The position numbers and the translations under genes were made by a program. From Microcoleus sp. (GTDB taxonomy: Bacteria; Cyanobacteriota; Cyanobacteriia; Cyanobacteriales; Microcoleaceae): a stretch of 64,000 bases of DNA. The DNA is taken from assembly GCF_049646505.1 (NCBI RefSeq), contig NZ_JBARVX010000073.1:7510-71509 (forward strand), read 5' to 3'. Shown here in pieces: positions 54,763 through 64,000 of the stretch. The notes under the pieces were generated by a model that searched no databases, was not told where the DNA came from, and worked only from the letters and a program-made list of their open reading frames with translations. The number at the start of each line of letters is the position of its first letter. The first letter of the stretch is position 1.

Positions 54763-57042
54763 TCATAGCGGAAGCTCGATCGCAAATTCCGTCCCTTCAC
54801 CCAAAACCGAAGTGCAACTCAAGGCTCCGCCGTGTTTTTCAACAACAATTCGGTAGCTGATGGATAACCCTAAACCGGTGCCTTTACCCATCGGTTTTGT
54901 AGTGAAAAATGGGTCAAACAATTGGAGGCGCACGTCTTCTGTCATGCCGGTTGCATTATCGGCAATCCTGATGCAAATACTATTTTCGTTAAGGGCTTCG
55001 GTGCGAATGCTGATAGTTGGTTTCCAGTCGCCGCCCGTTAGCGCAGCCTTCGGAGAGGAACGCTTTTTTTGGTTGCAAGCATCTTCTAGAGCGTCAATGC
55101 TGTTGCTCAGCAGATTCATAAATACCTGATTTAGCTGACCTGCATAACATTCAATTGAGGGAACTTCGCCGTAATTTTTAATTACTTTTATTTCTGGAAA
55201 TTCTGCTCTGGCTCGCAGTTTGTTATGCAAAATTAGCAGCGTGCTGTCTATACCTTCGTGAATGTTGGTAGACTTCTTTACCGAGTCGTCTAAACGCGAG
55301 AAATTTCGCAAACTCAAAACTATTTCTCGAATTCTATCGGCTCCCATTTTCATCGAAGATAATATTTTTATTAAGTCTTCTCTCAGAAATTCTAAATCGA
55401 TGTTTTCAATGTATTCTTGAACTTCTACCGTTGGCTGAGGATAGTATTTTTGATAGAGTTCCACAAGCTGCAGCAAGTCTTTCATGTATTGGGTGGCGTA
55501 GGAAATATTGCCGTAGATAAAACTGACAGGGTTGTTGATTTCGTGAGCCACTCCCGCTACCATTTGACCGAGACTTGACATTTTTTCGGTATGAATTAGA
55601 TGAGATTGGGTTTCTCGGAGTTCTTTGAGAGCGATTTCTAGCTGTTGGGCTCTGTTGTTGGCGATCGCCTCGGAGAGCCGCAAAGCATCCTCCGCTACTT
55701 TGCGCTCTGTGATGTCAAAAATAGCGCCGTTGAGCGATAAAATTTGACCTGCTGCGTTGAAAATGGCTTGACCTTTTTCTGCAACCCACCGCACGTTTCC
55801 GTCGCTGTGAATCAGGCGATATTCGATCGCGTAAGGTTGTTTTGTCTTAATCGCCCGATCGATAATTTGCTCGCTCGGCTCCGCGTCATCGGGATGAACT
55901 AGACTAGAAAAATCCTGCACCGGTTGAATCATAAAGTTAGCTGCCGGATAGCCGGCAATAGCTTCTATGCCGCTGCTGATAAACGTTACGCTCGATCGCC
56001 CTGCCGCGCTGCAACGATAAACTGCACCGGGAATGTTAGAAACTAAGGATCTAAATTCTTGTTCTCTTTCCCGCAAAGCTGCTTCAATTTGCTTGCGGTC
56101 GCTAATGTCGCGAGCAAAGGCGCACTGATATTCTTTACCGTTAAATTCCAAATGGTCGATCGTAATTTCCACCGGAAAAACTCGACCGTACTTAGTGAGG
56201 TGGTGAACTTCAATATTAACCGAACCGCAGCGTTTTAAGACTTTCCAGTGCAAACTCCAAGCTGTTTCGGGAAAATCTGGATTGATGTCGTGCACAGTCA
56301 TCTCGAGCAATTCTGCCGCCGAATATCCCAAGGAAGAGCAAGCAGCGTCGTTGACGTACAAAAATTTACCGTCGGAACCCATCCAGAATACCGCATCTGC
56401 CGATCGGTCGATCGCCAGTTGAGTCAGTTGCAACTTTTCTTCAACCCGCTGGCGGTCGGCAATTTCTTTTTCTAACTGTTCTTCAAGCGAATTGATAGCT
56501 AAAGCGCGATCGACAATAGTGTCTGCAGTGGCAAGGGCGATCGATTGTTTTGACAATTCTCCTGTCTGAAGATCGGGATTTTCCCCATGTTCTTCTAGTT
56601 GTTTTAACGGCAGTTGTTGCAGATTTTCTGTTGGATTAAAACCAGATTCGGCAAGTGCTTTCGGCATCAGGAAGATCGCCACTGCGGCTGAGAACAAAAA
56701 AATCGCCGCACTTGCAGCTTTGAGAGTTACCGACAGCCAATAAATAGAATGCCAAAGCGCCCAAACTTGCGTCAATTCAGCCGCGCCGCAGGCAAAAAAA
56801 CCAACAGCAAACAGCCGTCCAATCTTGCTGCGATCGCCCTGGCGGGTAAAATAAACCAAAGATAGCGCCACAGAGAAATAAGCCAGTGCCGCCAGCGAGT
56901 CAAAAACAGCGTACAGTCGCAACTCCTGCGGCGCGTCGCAGCCGACTGCGGCAGATACAGGAAGTGTTGAAAAAAAAATTGTTAATTGTTCTTGCATAAA
57001 GTTCAAGAAAAAAGTTATTTGCACCAAGGCAAACCCCATCAA
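54763..57042 (-). CDS. Sensor histidine kinase: ETR1-like (ethylene-binding-domain-like) transmembrane module + coiled coil + 2-3 PAS domains + HisKA/HATPase
   Basis: TM region AYFSVALSLVYF...FFACGAAELTQVW parallels Arabidopsis ETR1 AYFSIPLELIYF...IVLCGATHLINLW (from memory). PAS S-boxes present. H-box AGVAHEINNP. G-box GTGLGLSISY. Confidence 0.85.
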   Translation of the reverse strand: MMGFALVQITFFLNFMQEQLTIFFSTLPVSAAVGCDAPQELRLYAVFDSLAALAYFSVALSLVYFTRQGDRSKIGRLFAVGFFACGAAELTQVWALWHSIYWLSVTLKAASAAIFLFSAAVAIFLMPKALAESGFNPTENLQQLPLKQLEEHGENPDLQTGELSKQSIALATADTIVDRALAINSLEEQLEKEIADRQRVEEKLQLTQLAIDRSADAVFWMGSDGKFLYVNDAACSSLGYSAAELLEMTVHDINPDFPETAWSLHWKVLKRCGSVNIEVHHLTKYGRVFPVEITIDHLEFNGKEYQCAFARDISDRKQIEAALREREQEFRSLVSNIPGAVYRCSAAGRSSVTFISSGIEAIAGYPAANFMIQPVQDFSSLVHPDDAEPSEQIIDRAIKTKQPYAIEYRLIHSDGNVRWVAEKGQAIFNAAGQILSLNGAIFDITERKVAEDALRLSEAIANNRAQQLEIALKELRETQSHLIHTEKMSSLGQMVAGVAHEINNPVSFIYGNISYATQYMKDLLQLVELYQKYYPQPTVEVQEYIENIDLEFLREDLIKILSSMKMGADRIREIVLSLRNFSRLDDSVKKSTNIHEGIDSTLLILHNKLRARAEFPEIKVIKNYGEVPSIECYAGQLNQVFMNLLSNSIDALEDACNQKKRSSPKAALTGGDWKPTISIRTEALNENSICIRIADNATGMTEDVRLQLFDPFFTTKPMGKGTGLGLSISYRIVVEKHGGALSCTSVLGEGTEFAIELPL

Positions 57043-57284
57043 ATATCATTATTTGATTTCGGTGGTTGAAATATTTACATAATTATATACTTTTTTCATT
57101 TTTTAGGAAACAGCTATTTTTTCAGGGAATCTGAAAACTGTGTCGGCCGATCCCCGGCAAGCTTTCCCCAAGTACGAGCGATTGCTTTCCGGTGGCTGGC
57201 AATGCTTACTTGCCGGGAAGTGAGGGAATACATAAATTTGCCTGCTTGTTGTTTCGGGAAAAATTATTTTTTCAATTATGATAA

Positions 57285-57365
57285 TAGACCTCTTGCAAAA
57301 ATAATTAGGACGGGCTCTCCGGCCCGTCCGATCAATTGATGAAAAGGATTTTTGCAAGAGGTCTA
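57285..57365. mobile_element. MITE, family C (minimal copy)
   Basis: tagacctcttgcaaaaa...ggacgggctctccggcccgtcc...tttttgcaagaggtcta, with perfect 17-bp TIRs. Confidence 0.85.
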
Positions 57366-57608
57366 ATAGAGTTTTATTTTACAGTCGCAGACCCATAAAT
57401 TTTATTGTATGTAAGCTCCCAGGTACGCTGCGCCTGACTTTGATTGCTGAGAACTTGCATTCCGATCGAACTAATCTAATTCTTGTAGTTTTAGCGGACA
57501 GAAACTCAATCGGCGATCCAGGGGTTTCGTACCCCTGGAATATTGATGCACTAGCGGACTTTCACAGCAGCGAAAAAATCAATTTACGCGCCAACAATCC
57601 ACAATTAA

Positions 57609-59087
57609 TTAAGCGCCGCCCAGCGCCCAGTGCACCAAAGTCCGAACTCCAAAACCAGTGGCTCCGGGGCCGTTGTAACCGTTTTCTTTCTCGATCCAAA
57701 CCGGGCCGGCAATATCTAAATGCGCCCAAGGAGTATCCTTGACAAACTGCTTCAAGAATAGCGCCGCCGTAATCGAACCGCCGGGACGCGGCCCAGTGTT
57801 TTTCATGTCAGCGTGCAATGCTTTCAATCCCTCAAAATATTTCTCTTCCATCGGCATCCGCCAAAACTTTTCGCCTGCCAATTCTGAGGCGGCGACTATT
57901 TCGGCGGCGACGCTATCTTGAGGACTCCACAAACCTGCGATATCGTCGCCCAAAGCAATTACGCAAGCACCGGTCAGAGTTGCTAAATCGACAATTGCGT
58001 CAACTCCCAATTTATCAGCAAATACCAAAGCGTCAGCCAGGGTTAAACGGCCTTCTGCGTCGGTATTGTTGACTTCAATTGTTTTGCCGTTGGAAGCTGT
58101 AAGGATGTCTCCAGGGCGCATGGCGCGGCCGCTAATCATGTTTTCGGTGACGGCGCTGATAAAGTGAACTTCGACATCTGGTTTGATGTGTCCGATCGCC
58201 TTTGCGGCCCCAAAAGTAGCAGCAGCGCCGCCCATGTCTACTTTCATGATTTCGATGCCGCTACCCGTTGGCTTGATGTTCAAACCGCCGGAATCAAAGG
58301 TTAATCCTTTGCCGACAATCGCAATTTTGCGGCGCGGTGTACCTTCGGGTTTGTAAGTTAAATGGATGAATTTAGGCGGCAAATCGGATGCTAGGGCAAC
58401 GCCGAGAAAGGCTCCCATGCCGAGTTTTTCACAGTCTTCCCGCTCCAGTATTTCTAATTCTAAACCGCATTCTGCAGCTAGAGTTTGAGCGGTTTCGGCC
58501 ATTGTAATTGGGGTGACATAATTTGCCGGCGCTGCGACTAATTCCCGTGCTAAAATGACTCCGGCAGTGATTTTGCGGGCGCGGGCGATCGCGCTTTCGG
58601 TACCGGCAAAACCGAGCAAGTGAATTTGTTCGACCTGCGGGGTTTTATCGTCGGGTTCCGATTTGAAACGGTTGTCTTGATGCAGGGAGAGTTCTACACC
58701 TTCGGCGATCGCGCTTGCTGTAGCTTCCGGGGCGTTTTTCCAGACAGGAAAGCTAATTCCGAGGGTTTTACATTTCTCTTTTTTGGCTAACTTGGCGCAA
58801 ACGCCCGCAGCTTGCCGCACGGTGTCTAATTTTAAGTCCTCTGTTTTGCCCAAACCGACGATCGCAATTTTGCGGATCGGATTGTTGCCGCCGACTCTGG
58901 CGATCGCGCTGGTGCCCGTTTTGCCCTTAAAATCTACTTCCTGAATCAGCTCTTTCAAAGTGCCTGCCAGTTGTCGATCTAATTGTGCCAAGTCGCCTGT
59001 GAGTTCCACGGCGTCCTCAAACAGACCAATTGCCAGAGCATCTCCCGTCCAAGCAGAGCGGGGTTTATCGGTGACTAGAAATTCCAT
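57609..59087 (-). CDS. pepA: Leucyl aminopeptidase (M17)
   Basis: [29 protein letters not shown] and ATLTGA motifs. Confidence 0.93.
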   Translation of the reverse strand: MEFLVTDKPRSAWTGDALAIGLFEDAVELTGDLAQLDRQLAGTLKELIQEVDFKGKTGTSAIARVGGNNPIRKIAIVGLGKTEDLKLDTVRQAAGVCAKLAKKEKCKTLGISFPVWKNAPEATASAIAEGVELSLHQDNRFKSEPDDKTPQVEQIHLLGFAGTESAIARARKITAGVILARELVAAPANYVTPITMAETAQTLAAECGLELEILEREDCEKLGMGAFLGVALASDLPPKFIHLTYKPEGTPRRKIAIVGKGLTFDSGGLNIKPTGSGIEIMKVDMGGAAATFGAAKAIGHIKPDVEVHFISAVTENMISGRAMRPGDILTASNGKTIEVNNTDAEGRLTLADALVFADKLGVDAIVDLATLTGACVIALGDDIAGLWSPQDSVAAEIVAASELAGEKFWRMPMEEKYFEGLKALHADMKNTGPRPGGSITAALFLKQFVKDTPWAHLDIAGPVWIEKENGYNGPGATGFGVRTLVHWALGGA

Positions 59088-59333
59088 GTTTTGATTTACA
59101 CTTTAGATTTGAGATTTTTGATTGTACTTTGTCATTGGTGGTTTGTGCTTGTTTTGCAGGTGCGGGTAAATATGTCGGCCGCACAAATTCCACGCTCCAC
59201 ATCAAAATAAATTCTGGTACTATATCAGCGTGGAACGAGTTCGATGCCTGCGATGGCGTGGAACACCCCTCCTGGCTGTGATGGCTCTTGACAAGAGATC
59301 GATTTTCTATTCTTAATTATCTGAAATTTTCCC

Positions 59334-61541
59334 ATGCTAAAGCAACGTAAAACCCAACTTTCTATTTTAATCAGCGTTTCAGTTTGCGTGATGGTGCTCG
59401 GCTCTTTGGTGGCGGCAGCAAAATTGATGGGTGTCGGCCCGTTCCAGAAGGCTCAGCAGCCCCTAGATGCAGGGAATTCCGCATCGTCGTCGGTTAAGAT
59501 GCTCGTATCGCTCTCACCGGGCGAGCGATCGGCGAAATTAGTTGAACTCGCAGCCCTGCAGCCTGCAAGTACCAATCCCCAGCAGGAAGTCTCCCCTCAA
59601 AGCCGCGCCCGCTACCTGCTTGCCAGCGATTTAATCCAGCAAGGAGATGCCACCAAAGCATTAAAATTATTGGACAATTTAGAGCAACAATATCCTATTT
59701 TAGCTTCTCATATTGCCAAAAAACGCGCCCGAGCTTACGAATTAAGCGGGGACAAAGGCAAAGCACAAAAAGCTTGGGAAGAACTGCTAAAAAATTATCC
59801 CGACGACCCAGTAGCTGCGGAAGCTTTATATGTTTTAGGCAAGTCAAAATCGGAATATTGGCAGCAGGCAACTACTAAATTTCCCGCTCATCCCCGCAGC
59901 GTAGAAATTGCCATGAGCGAGTTAAAACAAAATCCAAACCAACCAAAGTTAATGCTGTTAGTAGCAAAACACGGTCATTATGTCAAAGATTACGGTACAT
60001 TATTAGAACAACTGGTACAGCAAAACAGCGCTAGTTTGAAACCAGAAGATTGGGAAGAAATTGCCTTTGGGTATTGGGAAAAACAGGATTACGGCAAAGG
60101 AGCTATTGCTTACGGAAAAGCTCCCCGCACCCCCCAAAATCTTTACCGAAAAGCTCGCGGTTTGTGGCTGGGCGGCAAAATTCCGGAATCGAGAATTGCC
60201 TATCAAGAATTAGTGCGGGAGTTTCCCGATGCCGAAGATAGTGGTTTGGGTTTAATTCGGCTGTCGCGCCTGAGCGAACCCAAGGATGCGATGGTTTATC
60301 TCGATCGGGCAATTAGCAAATTTCCCAATTATGCCCCCGAAGCTTTGCTAGACAAATCCAAACTTCTCGACAAAGCAGGCAGCGCTCAATCCGCCTCAGA
60401 TACCCGCAAATTGCTATTGACAAAATACAGCAATTCTGATAAAGCCGGCGAACTCCGTTGGGCGATCGCCCAACAATATGCCAAAGCCGGAGATTTAAAA
60501 TCAGCTTGGCAGTGGGCGCGAGAACTAACCACCAACAATCCAGACAGCGAACAAGCTCCAGAAGCAGCATTTTGGGTAGGGAAATGGGCAAAGCAACTCG
60601 GCCGCGAACAAGATGCCAAAACAGCATTTGAATACACAATTTTACGCTATCCAGAATCATATTTTGCGTGGCGTTCGGCCGTATTTCTCGGCTGGCCAGT
60701 AGGCGACTTCACCACAGTCCGAGATTTGTCTCCCAAAGTAGTAAGACCCCCCCAGCGCCCCGAACCAACCGCCGGTTCTCCAGCCTTAAAAGAACTCTAT
60801 CAATTAGGTCAAGATCGAGATGCTTGGACGCTGTGGCAAACAGAATTTACCAACCGCCTAGAACCGACTGTTGCCGAACAGTTTACCGACGGTTTAATGC
60901 GAGTTGGAGTCGGAGACAATTTAGACGGTTTGTGGATGGTTGGGAGCCTGCGGCAGCGCGAAAAACCCGACGATAGAACCGAATACCTCGCTCTCAGACA
61001 GCAACCAGTTTACTGGCAAGCACTTTATCCTTTTCCTTACTTGGAAAACATAGTCAAATGGTCTCAAGAACGCCAAATTAATACAGTATTAGTAACAGCA
61101 TTGATCCGGCAAGAATCGCGGTTTATGCCTGCTATTAAATCAGTAGTTGGCGCGACAGGTTTAATGCAAGTAATGCCAGAAACAGGAGAGTGGGTAGCTG
61201 AAAAAATCGGTCTCAAAAAATATTCATTGGAGAATGTGGACGACAATATTAAACTCGGTACGTGGTATTTGGATCACACTCACGACGAATACAAGAATAA
61301 CTCGATGTTGGCTGTGGCGAGTTACAATGCCGGGCCGAATGCAGTAGCAGATTGGTTGAAGAGGTTTGATTTTAGCGATCCGGATGCTTTTGCAGAAAAG
61401 ATTCCGTTTCCTGAAACGAAAGGATACGTGAAATCGGTGTTTGAGAATTACTGGAATTATCTGCGGATTTACAATCCAGAAGTTAATCAGTTAATGAGCG
61501 AGCATTATGAAGCTTCACAGAAAAAAGCAAAGCCTCAGTAA
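59334..61541 (+). CDS. Soluble lytic murein transglycosylase (Slt70-like: superhelical TPR-like N-domain + SLT catalytic domain)
   Basis: Catalytic ALIRQESRFMP...GATGLMQVMP...VASYNAGPNAV. N-terminal signal/anchor present. Confidence 0.88.
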   Translation: MLKQRKTQLSILISVSVCVMVLGSLVAAAKLMGVGPFQKAQQPLDAGNSASSSVKMLVSLSPGERSAKLVELAALQPASTNPQQEVSPQSRARYLLASDLIQQGDATKALKLLDNLEQQYPILASHIAKKRARAYELSGDKGKAQKAWEELLKNYPDDPVAAEALYVLGKSKSEYWQQATTKFPAHPRSVEIAMSELKQNPNQPKLMLLVAKHGHYVKDYGTLLEQLVQQNSASLKPEDWEEIAFGYWEKQDYGKGAIAYGKAPRTPQNLYRKARGLWLGGKIPESRIAYQELVREFPDAEDSGLGLIRLSRLSEPKDAMVYLDRAISKFPNYAPEALLDKSKLLDKAGSAQSASDTRKLLLTKYSNSDKAGELRWAIAQQYAKAGDLKSAWQWARELTTNNPDSEQAPEAAFWVGKWAKQLGREQDAKTAFEYTILRYPESYFAWRSAVFLGWPVGDFTTVRDLSPKVVRPPQRPEPTAGSPALKELYQLGQDRDAWTLWQTEFTNRLEPTVAEQFTDGLMRVGVGDNLDGLWMVGSLRQREKPDDRTEYLALRQQPVYWQALYPFPYLENIVKWSQERQINTVLVTALIRQESRFMPAIKSVVGATGLMQVMPETGEWVAEKIGLKKYSLENVDDNIKLGTWYLDHTHDEYKNNSMLAVASYNAGPNAVADWLKRFDFSDPDAFAEKIPFPETKGYVKSVFENYWNYLRIYNPEVNQLMSEHYEASQKKAKPQ

Positions 61542-61559
61542 TTCTGGTTTATGCTGTCA

Positions 61560-61895
61560 GGAACAGGCAAGAGCCCCGTTCCACAAAAAAGTTGATTTGT
61601 TGTATTTATTGATTGTGGGGTGGGCTTCTAGCCCGCCCTAAACGGGCAAGAGAGCCCGTTCCACAAAAAAGTTGATTTGTTGTAAGCTGTCGCGCAAACA
61701 AACATTGCATATTCAGGGCGGGCTAGAAGCCCACCCCACAAGAGCTTTATTGTTTTTTGACATACAGTATAAATGCTCCCACAGCTTATTGATTGATTGT
61801 GGGGTGGGCTTCTAGCCCGCACTTAAACAGTTGTAGGGTGCGTCAGCAGCGCGTTATTTTATCAATAATTGACGGTTGAAAGCTGACGCACCTAC
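61560..61895. repeat. Cluster of family C-type hairpin cores (gtggaacgggc..., gtggggtgggcttctagcccgcc x3) plus a tagggtgcgtcagc...gctgacgcacctac hairpin
   Basis: Read directly. It fills the whole gap between the convergent slt-like and Uma2 genes. Confidence 0.8.
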
Positions 61896-61898
61896 TAA

Positions 61899-62807
61899 CT
61901 AATGGAGTTCATCGGGATCGATATTTAACTCGCGAAGTTTTGCTGCTAGTCTTTGAGCTCGCTGTTCAGATTCAGCCGCTCGCTGTTCAGATTCAGCCGC
62001 TCGCTGTTCAGATTCGGCCGCTCGCTGTTCAGATTCGGCCGCTCGCTGTTCAGATTCGGCCGCTCGCTGTTCAGATTCAGCCGTTTGTTGTTCAGCTTCA
62101 GCCGCTTGTTGTTCAGATTCCTCTTGCGGAGTCAGAATTAACTCCCCTTCGAGTGTAAACCAGCGCAACCAAGTGCGATCGATCTTTTCATAAATTCCCT
62201 GCCACAAACCCAAACTCAATCCTAACTGAGGAATTGGCAAACATCCGCCGATAAGTTCTGCCTGTTCGTAAACGCCAGCCACCAAGCGAAATCCTAAAAT
62301 TTCATTGGTTGTGCCACTAAAAACAACGTAATAAGGAACGCGCAGAATCTGCTCATAAACATACCATTTTGTCGGTGGTCTTCCTGCTTGGCTAACTGTA
62401 CGACCTAAATCTTCATCTGCCGTACTTGAAGATAGCAATTCAACTATAACAAACGGGCTAACTTGCTCTTGCCACATCACGTAACTGAGACGAAGATTTT
62501 CACCTTCGTAGAGTCTCGAAACGCCCAAAACAGCAAACCAATCAGGACGTTTGTACCAATTGGAATGTTGCCAATCGTAATAAAGATTGAGGTCAATACC
62601 AACAAAAACCCGATCTAAATCAACATTGACAGGCCGAAAAGTGTGCCGCAATAAAGGCGACTGGTAGCAATGATATTCGTCAGGCAAACCAGGTTCCTCC
62701 GGGTCTTCGCTTGGTAAATCATACATTGTAGGCAGAATTTGCCGTGGCGAAAGTGGCGGGTCAGTCTGAGGAAAAAAACGAGTTTTTTCAATCATATTTG
62801 CACTCAT
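61899..62807 (-). CDS. Uma2-family (DUF820) putative restriction-endonuclease-like protein with C-terminal heptad-repeat tail
   Basis: PFVIVELLSSST...D...YYVVF core typical of Uma2. The C-terminus carries AESEQRA x6 encoded by 21-bp tandem repeats. Confidence 0.8.
   Translation of the reverse strand: MSANMIEKTRFFPQTDPPLSPRQILPTMYDLPSEDPEEPGLPDEYHCYQSPLLRHTFRPVNVDLDRVFVGIDLNLYYDWQHSNWYKRPDWFAVLGVSRLYEGENLRLSYVMWQEQVSPFVIVELLSSSTADEDLGRTVSQAGRPPTKWYVYEQILRVPYYVVFSGTTNEILGFRLVAGVYEQAELIGGCLPIPQLGLSLGLWQGIYEKIDRTWLRWFTLEGELILTPQEESEQQAAEAEQQTAESEQRAAESEQRAAESEQRAAESEQRAAESEQRAAESEQRAQRLAAKLRELNIDPDELH
61957..62124. repeat. 21-bp tandem repeats (6 near-perfect + 2 degenerate) inside the Uma2 gene
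   Basis: Unit is gctcgctgttcagattcRgcc. Confidence 0.9.
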
Positions 62808-62870
62808 AACTCATAATTTGACTGCTCTCCAAATTTAGAACTTGCCAATGATTGGCAAGCACTAAATAAA

Positions 62871-63368
62871 TCAGCGGCATCCCAAGGAATCGCGAGTAGA
62901 AATCCCTGTTTGAGAATTAATTCCGCTGGCTTTCGCGCACAATTCTTTAACTTGTGCGCCATCCATAATTGCGTCAGTAAAATCAGCGCCGGTGATATCA
63001 ACTCCATCAAAAGTAGAGCGCAACAAAATTGTTTCTGTTAAATTTGCATCGCTTAAATCTGCCTTAGTAAATTTAATTTGATCGATCATGGCATTAGTTA
63101 AATTTGCTCCGTGCAAATTTGCCTGAGTCATCACCGAAGCGCTCATAATTGCTCCCCGCAAATCGGCATTAGAAAAATTAGTTGAGTCCATCTTAGCGTT
63201 AGAAAACTCAGCGGCCCGCAGCATTTGACCGGAAAAATCGCGTCTGCTAAGTTCGGCGTTGCTAAAGGACAGCGGGGGATCGTAATATTTAGATTGAGCC
63301 AGTGCTGGCCGCGGGAGGATGAAGATAGTTAGCGCTAAGAGGAATGCTGCTAGTTGCCGGAGTTTCAT
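62871..63368 (-). CDS. Pentapeptide-repeat protein with signal peptide (thylakoid-lumen/periplasmic type)
   Basis: Start set at MKLRQLAAFLLALTIFILPRPALA (ATG 63368), followed by A(D/N)LxX repeats (FSNAELSRRDFSGQMLRAAEFSNAKMDSTNFSNADLRGA...). The 155 upstream codons of ORF 62871..63833 are antisense to the next gene. Confidence 0.85.
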   Translation of the reverse strand: MKLRQLAAFLLALTIFILPRPALAQSKYYDPPLSFSNAELSRRDFSGQMLRAAEFSNAKMDSTNFSNADLRGAIMSASVMTQANLHGANLTNAMIDQIKFTKADLSDANLTETILLRSTFDGVDITGADFTDAIMDGAQVKELCAKASGINSQTGISTRDSLGCR

Positions 63369-63477
63369 AAGTCTGATATTCTCACAAGGTGGGTATTTTG
63401 TAGTGTATCCCGAACTTGGGTCGATCGACCAAACAGTTACAATCTCAATTAATAGTGATGGAGATGAAAAAAACGAT

Positions 63478-63846
63478 ATGCTAAGTTTTTTCTTAACTTG
63501 GATAGTAGCCGCAGTTTCGCTCGTGATTACAGCTAACATTGTACCAGGTATTGCGGTAGTTAGCTTTCCGGCGGCGATGGTGGCTGCTGTGGTTATCGGA
63601 TTGGTGAACGCGGTTGTCAGGCCGATCCTGACACTGCTGACGCTGCCTTTGACTATTATTACTTTAGGTTTGTTTTTGTTTGTTGTGAATGCAATCTCGC
63701 TTTCTCTAGCTTCCTGGTTGGCGGGTGCGTTCAGTATCGGCTTTGCGGTTAACGGTTTTTGGCCGGCTTTGTTTGGTTCGATTGTTTTGTCATTTGTTTC
63801 TGGTTTGATCGGTCGATTTGTGAATGCCGACACTTTGTCTCAGTAA
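63478..63846 (+). CDS. Small 4-TM membrane protein, phage-holin-4 (DUF360)-like family
   Basis: Start set at MLSFFLTWIVAAVSLVITANIVPG... (ATG 63478). Has VIGLVNAVVRPIL and LPLTIITLGLFLFVVNA, typical of the family. Confidence 0.75.
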   Translation: MLSFFLTWIVAAVSLVITANIVPGIAVVSFPAAMVAAVVIGLVNAVVRPILTLLTLPLTIITLGLFLFVVNAISLSLASWLAGAFSIGFAVNGFWPALFGSIVLSFVSGLIGRFVNADTLSQ

Positions 63847-64000
63847 TAGATTATCCCAGATACTCGATCGGGCAAACAGCAACCGCTACTGTAACAGAGC
63901 CTAGGTTTTTTTGCGGTCGAAAGATTTTTTTGGGAACTAAGAGGGGATGGGAAACAGCCCCAAACGCAGATAAACGCGGATGACTGATGGATATCTGCGT

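Noticed and set aside
63369-63833. N-terminal 155 codons of ORF 62871..63833
   Set aside because: They are antisense to the well-formed 4-TM holin-like gene. The pentapeptide-repeat protein has a canonical signal peptide starting at the internal ATG 63368.
1-64000. Search for autonomous mobile elements, prophage, integrase, reverse transcriptase (DGR/retron/group II intron), toxin-antitoxin pairs, and tRNA/rRNA genes
   Set aside because: No ORF translation shows DDE or serine/tyrosine recombinase motifs, or the YxDD reverse-transcriptase motif. No tRNA-like T-arm (GGTTCGAnTCC) was seen outside the repeats. The many small repeats appear to be non-autonomous.

Overview
This 64-kb segment looks like chromosome from a filamentous, Oscillatoriales-like cyanobacterium. 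The HIP1 octamer GCGATCGC occurs dozens of times. Heptameric STRR arrays and at least four MITE-like small repeat families fill most intergenic gaps, and some sit in-frame inside genes. All calls come from reading the sequence and ORF translations by eye, with family assignments from motif memory. No database search was run. I support about 40 protein genes:
- Housekeeping: tatC, pxcA/cemA, rodA, a guaB3-like gene, trxA, pepA, cydAB, a LOG-family gene, an lpxB-related gene and a lytic transglycosylase.
- Cell-wall hydrolases: an amidase-glucosaminidase and an SLH-GHL10 enzyme.
- Two tandem giant RTX/cadherin-like exoproteins.
- Signalling genes: a 2190-aa Ser/Thr kinase-ATPase-TPR-GAF-PAS-His kinase-receiver protein, a PAS histidine kinase with an ETR1-like membrane domain, and a receiver-PAS regulator.
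- An ECF sigma/TPR/ABC exporter/methyltransferase string.
- One ncRNA: Yfr1, with its ACTCCTCACAC core, lies between the guaB3-like gene and trxA.

The most interesting region is 45.9-57.0 kb, a copper/redox-themed locus. It holds a DsbD_2-ferric-reductase fusion, an overlapping periplasmic protein, cydAB, the MbnH/MbnP pair, a translationally coupled BlaI/BlaR1-like (PetR/PetP-like) pair and the ETR1-like kinase. Two of its promoters share a 22-nt motif, TTTGACA-N4-GTCwTTTGACA. I propose this is an undescribed copper-responsive regulon.

Other notable points are a 121-nt upstream block duplicated in front of the ECF sigma gene and the ABC exporter gene, in-frame repeat insertions in three signalling genes, and identical STRR heptamers directly abutting two start codons. 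I found no rRNA, tRNA, CRISPR array, transposase, integrase or reverse transcriptase.
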